IMG/VR virus record: IMGVR_UViG_3300045591_000053
Coordinates: 1 to 32,352 of that record
Direction: 5' to 3' (one strand)
Source: a virus
Length of the DNA: 32,352 nt
The first letter of the stretch is position 1. Each line of letters begins with the position of its first letter. Below are positions 8,078 to 14,614 of this stretch, piece by piece. Both the position numbers and the translations under genes were made by a program. The notes below the pieces were generated by a model. The model was not told the DNA's origin. It saw only the letters and a program-made list of their open reading frames with translations, and did no database searches.

Positions 8078-9304
8078 TCATCCCGACACACTTTCAGCGC
8101 TTGCCATCGCATCGTTGACGGCTTTTTCAAACACCGTCGCTGCGTACTCGTCGCGCCCCGGCAACACGTGCGCATAGATTCGCAACGTGGTTGCCACGTC
8201 CCTATGCCCCAAGCGCTCGGAAACGGTTTGAATGTCAACGCCATGCGTAAGTAGCCATGTCGCGTGCGTATGCCTTAGATCGTGGAACGTGAAGCCCTTC
8301 GGCATGGCGGTGTTCATGGCAAGGCGCTTGAATGCCTTTGAAATGGCTGTCGGTCTGCAATAGCCGCCGTCGAACGTCACAAGTGGCGCGTCTTGCGGAA
8401 GCTCGCCACAGAACGACGTTCTAAGCCTTATGAAGCCGTCTATCGTCTCAATGTCCGACTTGCTAAGGCTGACCGGTCTTGACCTGCGCCCCTTCGTAAC
8501 GTCGCGCCTATACGGCTTCTTGCCCGTCTCTTCAATCACGGTGCCGCCGACAAGGATTTGCGGCTTCTTGTTCTCTTGCTTCTCCTTGGAATAGTCGCGG
8601 TTGCGCACGGCGCACACCTCGCCGCAACGCATCCCGGTTGCAAGCGCCATCCAAGCGGCAAACGCGTTCATTGCATTTCTGTACGTGTGCGCGTCTATAA
8701 TGGAAGGTTTAAGCAATGCTTTAAGCTGTGCTTCAATCGCCCTGAAATCACCTATGTTCAGCGCTTGCGCTTCATGGTGAACAAGTTTCGGCTTATCGAC
8801 GCTTAGCAGCGGGTTTGAATCGCAAACCTTCATCCTCACAAAGAAGGTGAATGCGGCGTTAAGGAAGTCATGCACGCCGCGAACGCTGTTTTGCGACAAG
8901 CCTTGCCCGCCGGCGTCCTTCGGCGTGAGCAACCTTTGCTCAAAGCGCGATAGATCAAAGCTGCTTACGTCGCGGGCGTTGACGCTCGGAAGGTACTTGG
9001 CAACCTTGGCAACGTATCTTGTAAACCTTTTGTAGGCACGCACGCTGTTTGGCGAATAGCCGTTACGTGAACGCATGTCTATGAACCCGTTAAGCAGGTC
9101 AACAAGCAAGGCGCTATCGAGAAGACCGTTGGCGGTTAGGTCAGACTTCCACGCTTCCGCAAGCTTGATTGCTTGTTCTTCCGTCTCGGCTGTCGGAAGG
9201 TCGCGTTGCTTCTCGACCTTCCTTCCGTCATCGGTTCGCCCGATGAACAGACGCGCAACCCAGACGCCGCGCCTTGCGTCCCACTTGACCTTAACGCCAG
9301 CCAT
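8078..9304 (-). CDS. int: Tyrosine recombinase / phage integrase family protein
   Basis: C-terminal catalytic box FHDLRHTHATWLL...LGHRDVATTLRIYAHV, with an upstream ...ATGMRCGEVCAV (Arg box). The N-terminus MAGVKVKWDARRGVWVARLFIG looks like an arm-binding domain. Start chosen at 9304; the track ORF extends to 9352. Confidence 0.85.
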   Translation of the reverse strand: MAGVKVKWDARRGVWVARLFIGRTDDGRKVEKQRDLPTAETEEQAIKLAEAWKSDLTANGLLDSALLVDLLNGFIDMRSRNGYSPNSVRAYKRFTRYVAKVAKYLPSVNARDVSSFDLSRFEQRLLTPKDAGGQGLSQNSVRGVHDFLNAAFTFFVRMKVCDSNPLLSVDKPKLVHHEAQALNIGDFRAIEAQLKALLKPSIIDAHTYRNAMNAFAAWMALATGMRCGEVCAVRNRDYSKEKQENKKPQILVGGTVIEETGKKPYRRDVTKGRRSRPVSLSKSDIETIDGFIRLRTSFCGELPQDAPLVTFDGGYCRPTAISKAFKRLAMNTAMPKGFTFHDLRHTHATWLLTHGVDIQTVSERLGHRDVATTLRIYAHVLPGRDEYAATVFEKAVNDAMASAESVSG

Positions 9305-9473
9305 TTTTAACAGCCTTCCCGATTGCGTATGCCGTAACAAGGCACGAAACAAGGCACGTCAGCACATAGGCAAGCAGCCCGAACCAAACGCCGTTGAAGA
9401 TGCCGACGCCGATTCCAACGCCGATAGGAACTGCCGCAAAAAGCAGCACGATTGCCAAGCACCCACGGTTCAT
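9291..9473 (-). CDS. Small membrane protein (2 predicted TM helices)
   Basis: 60 aa, hydrophobic (CLAIVLLFAAVPIGVGIGVGIF...FGLLAYVLTCLVSCLV). Overlaps both neighbours. Confidence 0.5.
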   Translation of the reverse strand: MNRGCLAIVLLFAAVPIGVGIGVGIFNGVWFGLLAYVLTCLVSCLVTAYAIGKAVKNGWR

Positions 9474-9691
9474 TTCTGATCACCGTTGTTGCGTGCTATC
9501 GCCGCGTTAGCCCACATGATGCATTCTTCAAGCTTCGTGTTCGCCAACGAACGCTCGCGGCTTTCCGGGCAATCCTTCAGGATGGTTAGCGCAAAGCCCT
9601 TGGCTTGTGACCTGATTTCCTCGTAAAGCTCGATTTGGTCTTGGTTTGGCGCGTGGTATGACAAGTTGTTTTCAATGGTCTTCGAGTTCAT
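9470..9691 (-). CDS. Small helical phage protein. Possible Acb2-like cyclic-nucleotide sponge (anti-CBASS family); tentative.
   Basis: 73 aa. Pattern SYHAPNQDQIELYEEIR...PESRERSLANTKLEECIMWANAAIARN. As I recall, this Y-H-x-P ... SRExSLAxTKLEE ... MWANAAI pattern is shared by the Acb2-type hairpin family. Not verified. Confidence 0.35.
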   Translation of the reverse strand: MNSKTIENNLSYHAPNQDQIELYEEIRSQAKGFALTILKDCPESRERSLANTKLEECIMWANAAIARNNGDQK

Positions 9692-9700
9692 GGAACACCC

Positions 9701-9838
9701 CTAAAACGTTGTGACGGCTGCAACCGCGAAAGCGATTGCGAGAACAAATAGCCTTAATTGCTCGATTGCCAACCAGACAAGGAACAAAGCAAGCGCGGCG
9801 GCGGAAATCACAACCGCAACCGCTCCTTTGCGGCTCAT
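9701..9838 (-). CDS. Small hydrophobic protein (45 aa; below the ORF-track threshold)
   Basis: My own translation: MSRKGAVAVVISAAALALFLVWLAIEQLRLFVLAIAFAVAAVTTF. ATGA start/stop overlap with the upstream gene at 9835..9838. Confidence 0.4.
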   Translation of the reverse strand: MSRKGAVAVVISAAALALFLVWLAIEQLRLFVLAIAFAVAAVTTF

Positions 9839-10221
9839 TCCTTGCCTATTTCTTCGATAAGAAAATCAATGCACTGCTTGCACTTCTGCAAGTCTTCGAC
9901 GCCGTTCTTCTTGTCCCAGCGCCAAAGGTATTTGAAGGCGCAACCCCACCAGTAGAACGCCATCGGCGTTAGCCTTAAAAATTCCGCGCCTTCCATCGGG
10001 TCAAAGTCATAGCCGGGTGCCATAGCCGCCGCCATGGCATCTTTGCATTCGATGCCACCGCTTGCGTAATGGGACGGATGCGACACGACATTGTTTGCCT
10101 TGCGTTTCTTGTCGGCTTCAGCCATCGACCAGCCCATATCATGGAATCTCTTTTGGGTTTTGATAAAGCTGTCAACTGCCTTCATGTCGGCGTCGCTTAA
10201 ATCATTGAGTTTGATCGTCAT
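9835..10221 (-). CDS. DUF3310-like phage protein
   Basis: HPSHYASGGIECKDAM...FKYLWRWDKKNGVEDLQKCKQCIDFL matches my memory of the DUF3310 pattern (HPxHY...IE...KYLxR...K...EDLxKA). Confidence 0.6.
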   Translation of the reverse strand: MTIKLNDLSDADMKAVDSFIKTQKRFHDMGWSMAEADKKRKANNVVSHPSHYASGGIECKDAMAAAMAPGYDFDPMEGAEFLRLTPMAFYWWGCAFKYLWRWDKKNGVEDLQKCKQCIDFLIEEIGKE

Positions 10222-10372
10222 TGTTGGCTTGTTCCTTCCTTCTCTTGCTCTCTTTAACCAGTGCTTTTAGCAATGGTTTGTTAACGAACGTGGCTTTAAG
10301 TTCGATGCTTCCGCCCCAGCTTTTGAACAGCTCTTGCGGCGTGGGTTCCGTCGCTTCGTCATCGGCGTTCAT
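10202..10372 (-). CDS. Hypothetical small protein (56 aa)
   Basis: My own translation: MNADDEATEPTPQELFKSWGGSIELKATFVNKPLLKALVKESKRRKEQANNDDQTQ. Fills an otherwise empty gap in a coupled operon. Confidence 0.3.
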   Translation of the reverse strand: MNADDEATEPTPQELFKSWGGSIELKATFVNKPLLKALVKESKRRKEQANNDDQTQ

Positions 10373-10463
10373 CGGTCATCACCCACAGCGAAACGAAAGG
10401 CGTACCGGCAAGAGTGAGAAGCACGAACGCAAACAGCTTCAGGGCGTCTTCCGCATCATTCAT
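10359..10463 (-). CDS. Hypothetical small membrane peptide (34 aa)
   Basis: My own translation: MNDAEDALKLFAFVLLTLAGTPFVSLWVMTDERR. ATGAATGA overlap with the upstream stop. Confidence 0.25.
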   Translation of the reverse strand: MNDAEDALKLFAFVLLTLAGTPFVSLWVMTDERR

Positions 10464-11004
10464 CGACGTTCACCCCCAACGCGGCAAGGCGGATTCTGAA
10501 GCCCTCTAGCGCCGCTTTCGGCTTGGTATGGTGTCCCGTGTTGATTGCTTCGTCAGCAAACGCGTAAAGGTCGCGTGTGGCGTTCTCCAACGTGTCTGAA
10601 GGCTCGTTCTGCTCGTCGCTGCTCACGCTGAACCATTGGTCATCGGTGCCATCGGGTGCCGGAACCTCATAGCCGCACAAGCACCCCGACGGATTAGGCT
10701 CGCCGCACGGCATCAGGTCATCAAGCGAACAGCCGCATTCGGCATCAGGGTTGCAAAGCCCGTCATAGTGGTTAGCCCTCAGCCATTCGCCCACTATCTC
10801 TTCGATGCTCGTTCCGTCCCTGCTCTCCATGATTCCGCCCTCCAATCCAAGCGCCTTTGCCTTGCGCTCTATCGCGCACCATTCGCGCCCCGGCAACACG
10901 TGCTCCCAGCCTTGCCAGTCGCGCCCGTGCCCCCACGCTTCGCGCAATGTCACAACCTCTTCTCGCGTCCAGCGCTTGTGATAGCGGCTCTCGTTAGCCA
11001 ACAT
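10456..11004 (-). CDS. Hypothetical protein with an N-terminal SANT/Myb-like segment and a central Cys cluster
   Basis: Start chosen at MLANESRYHKRWTREEVVTLREAW (Myb-like W/W spacing). Cys cluster GLCNPDAECGCSLDDLMPCGEPNPSGCLCGY. The track ORF extends to 11139 but would overlap the upstream gene. Confidence 0.5.
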   Translation of the reverse strand: MLANESRYHKRWTREEVVTLREAWGHGRDWQGWEHVLPGREWCAIERKAKALGLEGGIMESRDGTSIEEIVGEWLRANHYDGLCNPDAECGCSLDDLMPCGEPNPSGCLCGYEVPAPDGTDDQWFSVSSDEQNEPSDTLENATRDLYAFADEAINTGHHTKPKAALEGFRIRLAALGVNVDE

Positions 11005-11239
11005 GCTTCCGTTCCTTCCTCTGTCTCTTCGGGTCGAATTCCGTACACCCACACGCGGCGCTACAGCAGTTGTTTGGGCTGTCGAAAGGCTCGACCCTGA
11101 TTCCGTAGACGCTGCACTTCCAGATCTCGAAACCTTCAAGCCATGGGTAAAGCTCGGCTTGCCTTCTCTCTCGCTTCAAATCGCGGTGAATGTGCTTGCA
11201 GATTCCGCACACGTCGCGATAGTCACTTTTGTTCTTCAA
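10994..11239 (-). CDS. Hypothetical Cys-rich small protein (possible zinc-binding)
   Basis: 81 aa. CGICKH ... CSVYG ... CCSAACGC. Confidence 0.45.
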   Translation of the reverse strand: MKNKSDYRDVCGICKHIHRDLKRERRQAELYPWLEGFEIWKCSVYGIRVEPFDSPNNCCSAACGCTEFDPKRQRKERKHVG

Positions 11240-11282
11240 ATTCCGCTCACTCCGTAAGTGTCAGAAATGCCCGCATTGCCGC

Positions 11283-11606
11283 CTAGATTCGTTTCTGCGC
11301 TACTTTTCCGCCCCTTTGTGGGTATCTTGTCCCGTTTTGCGAATTGCGGCGCTCTAAAGGCTTCTCATTGCGTCTAATCACTGTCGGGTATTGCGCTATC
11401 TCGCAACTGATGTGCTCGCGGCGAACCTCGATAGTCGGCACTTCGTCAAAGCGGAACCGCGCCGTTATATCCATCTCGCTTAGAAGCGATGGGTACTCCC
11501 CAAGAAGGTTTTCGGCATGGTCTGCGATGTACTCGCCCGCTTGCCTGATCGTCTCAATGAAGCCCTCGCGCGTCTGGTAGTTCGGCATCCTGAAATCAGC
11601 AGTCAT
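11283..11606 (-). CDS. Hypothetical protein
   Basis: 107-aa co-oriented ORF. No motif recognised. Confidence 0.45.
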   Translation of the reverse strand: MTADFRMPNYQTREGFIETIRQAGEYIADHAENLLGEYPSLLSEMDITARFRFDEVPTIEVRREHISCEIAQYPTVIRRNEKPLERRNSQNGTRYPQRGGKVAQKRI

Positions 11607-11618
11607 CGCGTCCGCCCC

Positions 11619-12071
11619 CTAGCAAGCCGGCGCAAGACCGGAAGCAAGGGCGTTTGCGGAAGCCGAACGATAGGCAACGCGCCTGATGCCCATCCACTCG
11701 ACAAGCCACCGCATGAAGGCACGCAAGAAAGGCTGTATGTTCGTGTCATCAGCCCAGCCGGCAAAGCCGATATAGCCATCTTCGTTGAAGCTGATTGCTT
11801 CCCTTCCGTGGAAGTAGAAGCCGGACACGAACAAGAAGGCGCTTTGAATGCTTCTGCCTGTCTTCTCCGATACGGTGATTTGCGGCTCGGTCTTCTTGCG
11901 GTAGGAAGGCTGCATCTCCATGTGCTCGCCGTTGCGCTCATGCTGTGCGTACTCGATGCACAAGAAGCCTTGAAGCGCTCGAATGTCGTTTGGCGTCACG
12001 TCTCGATATGTGAGGTTGTCGCCAAAGGCTTTGCGGCATTGGTCGCGCGTCAGCTTGGTTGAAGCAATCAT
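11619..12071 (-). CDS. Hypothetical protein
   Basis: Start chosen at MIASTKLTRDQ (12071). The track ORF extends to 12152, into a repeat-rich non-coding region. Confidence 0.5.
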   Translation of the reverse strand: MIASTKLTRDQCRKAFGDNLTYRDVTPNDIRALQGFLCIEYAQHERNGEHMEMQPSYRKKTEPQITVSEKTGRSIQSAFLFVSGFYFHGREAISFNEDGYIGFAGWADDTNIQPFLRAFMRWLVEWMGIRRVAYRSASANALASGLAPAC

Positions 12072-12090
12072 TTCATCGCTCCTTTGCGAT

Positions 12091-12136
12091 TGTTGAAAAC
12101 TTGGTGGAAAACGTGTTGAAAACTCTGTTGATTTCA
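12091..12136. repeat. Four iteron-like direct repeats (consensus TGTTGAAAAC) at roughly 12-bp spacing
   Basis: tgttgaaaac at 12091, tggtggaaaac at 12102, tgttgaaaac at 12115, tgttgatttc at 12127. Confidence 0.55.
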
Positions 12137-12190
12137 AAGAAGGAAGAACCAAGGAAGAAAGACTTGCTTGTTACGTTGACTAACAAGCAC

Positions 12191-12233
12191 GACGGTTTGG
12201 TTTGGTTTGGTTTAGGAACCAAACCAAACCGTC
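12191..12233. repeat. Perfect 17-bp-stem inverted repeat made of (GGTTT)n/(AAACC)n, followed by a (GTTTT)3 tract. Candidate origin element.
   Basis: gacggtttggtttggtt - tggtttagg - aaccaaaccaaaccgtc, then ttgttttgttttgttt at 12239..12254. The T-tract follows on the plus strand, which carries no gene here. Confidence 0.6.
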
Positions 12234-12329
12234 TAGTCTTGTTTTGTTTTGTTTAATTGCTTAAACAGACCGGATACCAAAGCTTTAGCAATGGTTTTCA
12301 TGGTGCTTTCTCCCTTGCTCTCGGTTCGT

Positions 12330-12773
12330 CTACTCTTCTTGTCCGTCGCTCTTCCTCGGTCTTCCGCCCATGCGCCCAGCTGCGCGTTTGCGCCCAAAGT
12401 AGAGTGAGTTTTCAAATATGCGTTCGCTGTAGATTTCGCCGGCGTCTGACTGCTGAACCAGTCCGATTTCGAGCAAACCGTTGATAAAAGCTGTGGTTTC
12501 CTCGATGGTTATCATTTCCTCGAAACTGTTGTGGTCGAACCCCAAGACGCCGCCAAGAATCAGCTTGTCTTCGTCGGTCTTGAAAGGCATCGCGTGCCCG
12601 TCGCTCGCCGCTAGGTACTCGCACAAGCGCCACCAACGCCCGTAACCCTCATAGCCCATGCGCCTAATGAGCCGTTGGCATTTAATGTCTGCTGACGCGT
12701 TGGAATCGTGAGGGAAGAACTTCATTGGCTTCATGGCAAGCGCCGCCACGGCGTCGGTCGCTGCGCTAGTCAT
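12330..12773 (-). CDS. Replication organiser-like protein (DUF4373 / Lin1244-type N-terminal domain)
   Basis: MKFFPHDSNASADIKCQRLIRRMGYEGYGRWWRLCEYL matches my memory of the DUF4373 N-terminus. The start could be 12773, 12734 or 12725. Confidence 0.6.
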   Translation of the reverse strand: MTSAATDAVAALAMKPMKFFPHDSNASADIKCQRLIRRMGYEGYGRWWRLCEYLAASDGHAMPFKTDEDKLILGGVLGFDHNSFEEMITIEETTAFINGLLEIGLVQQSDAGEIYSERIFENSLYFGRKRAAGRMGGRPRKSDGQEE

Positions 12774-13065
12774 GATTCATCGCGCCCAATTCTTTGAGCA
12801 TCATTTCTATGTAGGTCTTGCCAGCCGCGCCAACCGTGTACTTGTACGTTTCTTCAATTGGTGTCTCTTCGTCGTTCATCACGTCATCTGCAATGACGCT
12901 TGCAGCCGCCAAGCCCGCGAGAAGACCGGCTTTAACCGCCTTAACATCTGGCTTGATTGTCTCGCCGGTGCCCATGTTCCTAAGCTCGATGGTGCATTCC
13001 GCATCGTCGGCAAAGTCGAAAAGCACTGCTATGCGGTGCGCTATCTCTTCTGATTCCCTAGGCAT
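12766..13065 (-). CDS. Hypothetical protein
   Basis: 99-aa ORF, coupled to both neighbours. Confidence 0.45.
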   Translation of the reverse strand: MPRESEEIAHRIAVLFDFADDAECTIELRNMGTGETIKPDVKAVKAGLLAGLAAASVIADDVMNDEETPIEETYKYTVGAAGKTYIEMMLKELGAMNHD

Positions 13066-13496
13066 TCTGCTATCTCCTTTTCGAGGTCATCGAACATTGA
13101 TTTGTGGGTGACAATCCGCATTTCGGGATGAAGCGAAAGCAGCCAACGCGCCATAAGCGGCGTAATGGTGTTGTTGATGCAGTAGTCGTGTTCAACGCCG
13201 TATTGGTCTACGTAAGGCACTGCAACAAGCTTTGAGCGCCCTTCGTAGCGCATCCGCTCGATTAGGTACTTGGTCGATACGCGCAAGCCCCGCGCGTCGA
13301 TTCCAAGCGCAACGGCTTCAATCTCATGCGCTGCCTTCGGGTTGGCTTTGAGCCAATCAATGAACAGATCAACGTCGCTTTGGGCTTTCAGCGGCACCGG
13401 GTACGTAGCGGCGCGTTCCTGCGCCACAACGGCTTCTATCGGCTGCGTGAAGTCATCGACGTTGATTGCCGGGTCGCTCGGTGTCTTATAGGTCAT
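13041..13496 (-). CDS. Hypothetical protein
   Basis: Start chosen at MTYKTPSD (13496). The track ORF extends to 13532. Confidence 0.5.
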   Translation of the reverse strand: MTYKTPSDPAINVDDFTQPIEAVVAQERAATYPVPLKAQSDVDLFIDWLKANPKAAHEIEAVALGIDARGLRVSTKYLIERMRYEGRSKLVAVPYVDQYGVEHDYCINNTITPLMARWLLSLHPEMRIVTHKSMFDDLEKEIAECLGNQKR

Positions 13497-13881
13497 GGCG
13501 CACCAACCCATAAAGCAAAGCCACGTCGGCACCCAAGCACGCTAGGAAAGCCAAGTTGCCGTAAGCGTCCATAACCCAGATTTGAAGCTCGGCAACAGCC
13601 ATAGGCAAAATGCCTGAAAGGGTAAGCGCGGCAAGGATGTATAAGGCACCCTTCTTCAGCTTTTGCCGCGTTATAATGGGTTCGTCAAATCGCGTGCCGC
13701 GTTTTTGACATGCAACCGTGCGGGTTCCAGCCGTGCGGTTGCTTCTTTTTTCCGGCAATTCATAGCGTCCGTAAGGCTGTGAAAGAAAGCCTTCTGCGTC
13801 GCGTCTTGGTGTTCGCGGCGTTGGTCTACGACGAACGTTATAACCATTGGTTAAACCTCTGGTTGTCATAATTGCTTTCAT
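13486..13881 (-). CDS. Hypothetical protein with a basic N-terminal half and a hydrophobic C-terminal half
   Basis: Strong SD GGAGGGAG 7 nt upstream of ATG at 13881. C-terminus ALYILAALTLSGILPMAVA...LAFLACLGADVALLYGLV. Confidence 0.6.
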   Translation of the reverse strand: MKAIMTTRGLTNGYNVRRRPTPRTPRRDAEGFLSQPYGRYELPEKRSNRTAGTRTVACQKRGTRFDEPIITRQKLKKGALYILAALTLSGILPMAVAELQIWVMDAYGNLAFLACLGADVALLYGLVRHDL

Positions 13882-13900
13882 TCAATTTCTCCCTCCATTC

Positions 13901-14008
13901 CGTTTAGCAACGCTTTAAGCAGTGCTTTAGCAACGCTTTAAGCAGTGCTTTAGCAACGCTTTAAGCAGTGCTTTAGCAACGCTTTAAGCAGTGCTTTAGC
14001 AACGCTTA
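13901..14008. repeat. Tandem array of four perfect 23-bp units (CGCTTTAAGCAGTGCTTTAGCAA) plus partial units at both ends. Iteron or protein-binding array.
   Basis: Perfect copies at 13911, 13934, 13957 and 13980. Each unit holds two related half-sites, GCTTTAAGCA and GCTTTAGCA, about 11.5 bp apart. Confidence 0.9.
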
Positions 14009-14221
14009 TTGCTTTGATTCAGGCTGCATGAGCAAATAAATGTCATCCAGAGACACGCCGAGGATGCGCGAAAGCCTATAGGCTTCACCAAAGCTGAATT
14101 CGTATGAACCTCTCAGCTTGTTGAAGAACGACGAACGGCTGATGCCGAGTTCGTCAGCTATTGCATTCTTCGTTGTTCCCTTTGCCTTGGCATACTGCCC
14201 AACCTTCTCTTGCAAATTCAT
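14006..14221 (-). CDS. XRE-family HTH regulator, Cro-like (first gene of the leftward early operon)
   Basis: MNLQEKVGQYAKAKGTTKNAIADELGISRSSFFNKLRG shows an HTH_3 pattern. SD AGGGGGGTGA upstream of ATG at 14221. Divergent from a second HTH gene. Confidence 0.75.
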   Translation of the reverse strand: MNLQEKVGQYAKAKGTTKNAIADELGISRSSFFNKLRGSYEFSFGEAYRLSRILGVSLDDIYLLMQPESKQ

Positions 14222-14240
14222 GCCAACATTCACCCCCCTA

Positions 14241-14266
14241 ATGGCGTACAAAACTTTGTACGCCAT
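14241..14266. promoter_or_regulatory. Operator O1: perfect palindrome with 12-bp arms (ATGGCGTACAAA-AC-TTTGTACGCCAT)
   Basis: Read directly from the sequence. Lies between the divergent HTH genes, downstream of the predicted leftward -10. Confidence 0.65.
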
Positions 14267-14267
14267 T

Positions 14268-14296
14268 AGTATTGTACAAAACTTTGTACCGTGCAA
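14268..14296 (-). promoter_or_regulatory. Candidate leftward (early lytic) promoter: -35 TTGCAC, 17-bp spacer, -10 AATACT
   Basis: On the minus strand, -35 = rc of 14291..14296 and -10 = rc of 14268..14273. Face-to-face with the rightward promoter. Confidence 0.4.
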
Positions 14297-14300
14297 TACT
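14272..14300 (+). promoter_or_regulatory. Candidate rightward (lysogeny-operon) promoter: -35 TTGTAC, 17-bp spacer, extended -10 TGCAATACT
   Basis: -35 at 14272..14277 and -10 at 14295..14300, with TG at 14292..14293. Confidence 0.4.
14274..14289. promoter_or_regulatory. Operator O2: GTACAAA-AC-TTTGTAC, the same core as O1
   Basis: Second copy of the 16-bp core, 33 bp (centre to centre) from O1. Sits in the spacer of both predicted promoters. Confidence 0.6.
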
Positions 14301-14339
14301 TTAAACGTGCAATTACTTGGACGATATGAAGGGCGTGCG

Positions 14340-14558
14340 ATGGAGTACGGGAAGGTGCTTGCATATTACTTAGATAAGCAAGGTATGACGCCCGCCGAAC
14401 TCGCGCATAGAATCGGGTCGCCAAGGTCAACTATTAATGCGCTGCTGCACGGAAGGGCAAAGGAACCAACATTAGGCAAGGCAAAGGCAATTGCTGATGC
14501 GCTTGGCGTCTCACTTGAGGAAATGGCAAGAATGACCTATGAAGACCCAGATAAATAG
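14340..14558 (+). CDS. XRE-family HTH regulator, candidate prophage repressor (CI-like; only 72 aa)
   Basis: MEYGKVLAYYLDKQGMTPAELAHRIGSPRSTINALLHG shows an HTH_3 pattern. It heads the plus-strand operon that ends in the serine integrase. Confidence 0.7.
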   Translation: MEYGKVLAYYLDKQGMTPAELAHRIGSPRSTINALLHGRAKEPTLGKAKAIADALGVSLEEMARMTYEDPDK

Positions 14559-14614
14559 GTCATCAAAGATATGTCGTTGTGCTGTTAGTTCATACACAAG
14601 TTGAAAGGCTGACA

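Noticed and set aside
7972-8244. 90-aa minus-strand ORF overlapping the 3' end of the tyrosine recombinase gene and the following gap.
   Set aside because: Most of it overlaps the conserved catalytic C-terminus of the recombinase in another frame. No SD or motif. At most a short peptide in 7972..8077 could be real, and I cannot support it.
13901-14008. Considered whether the 23-bp tandem array is a CRISPR array.
   Set aside because: The repeats are directly adjacent with no spacers, and no cas genes are present. It is a plain tandem repeat.
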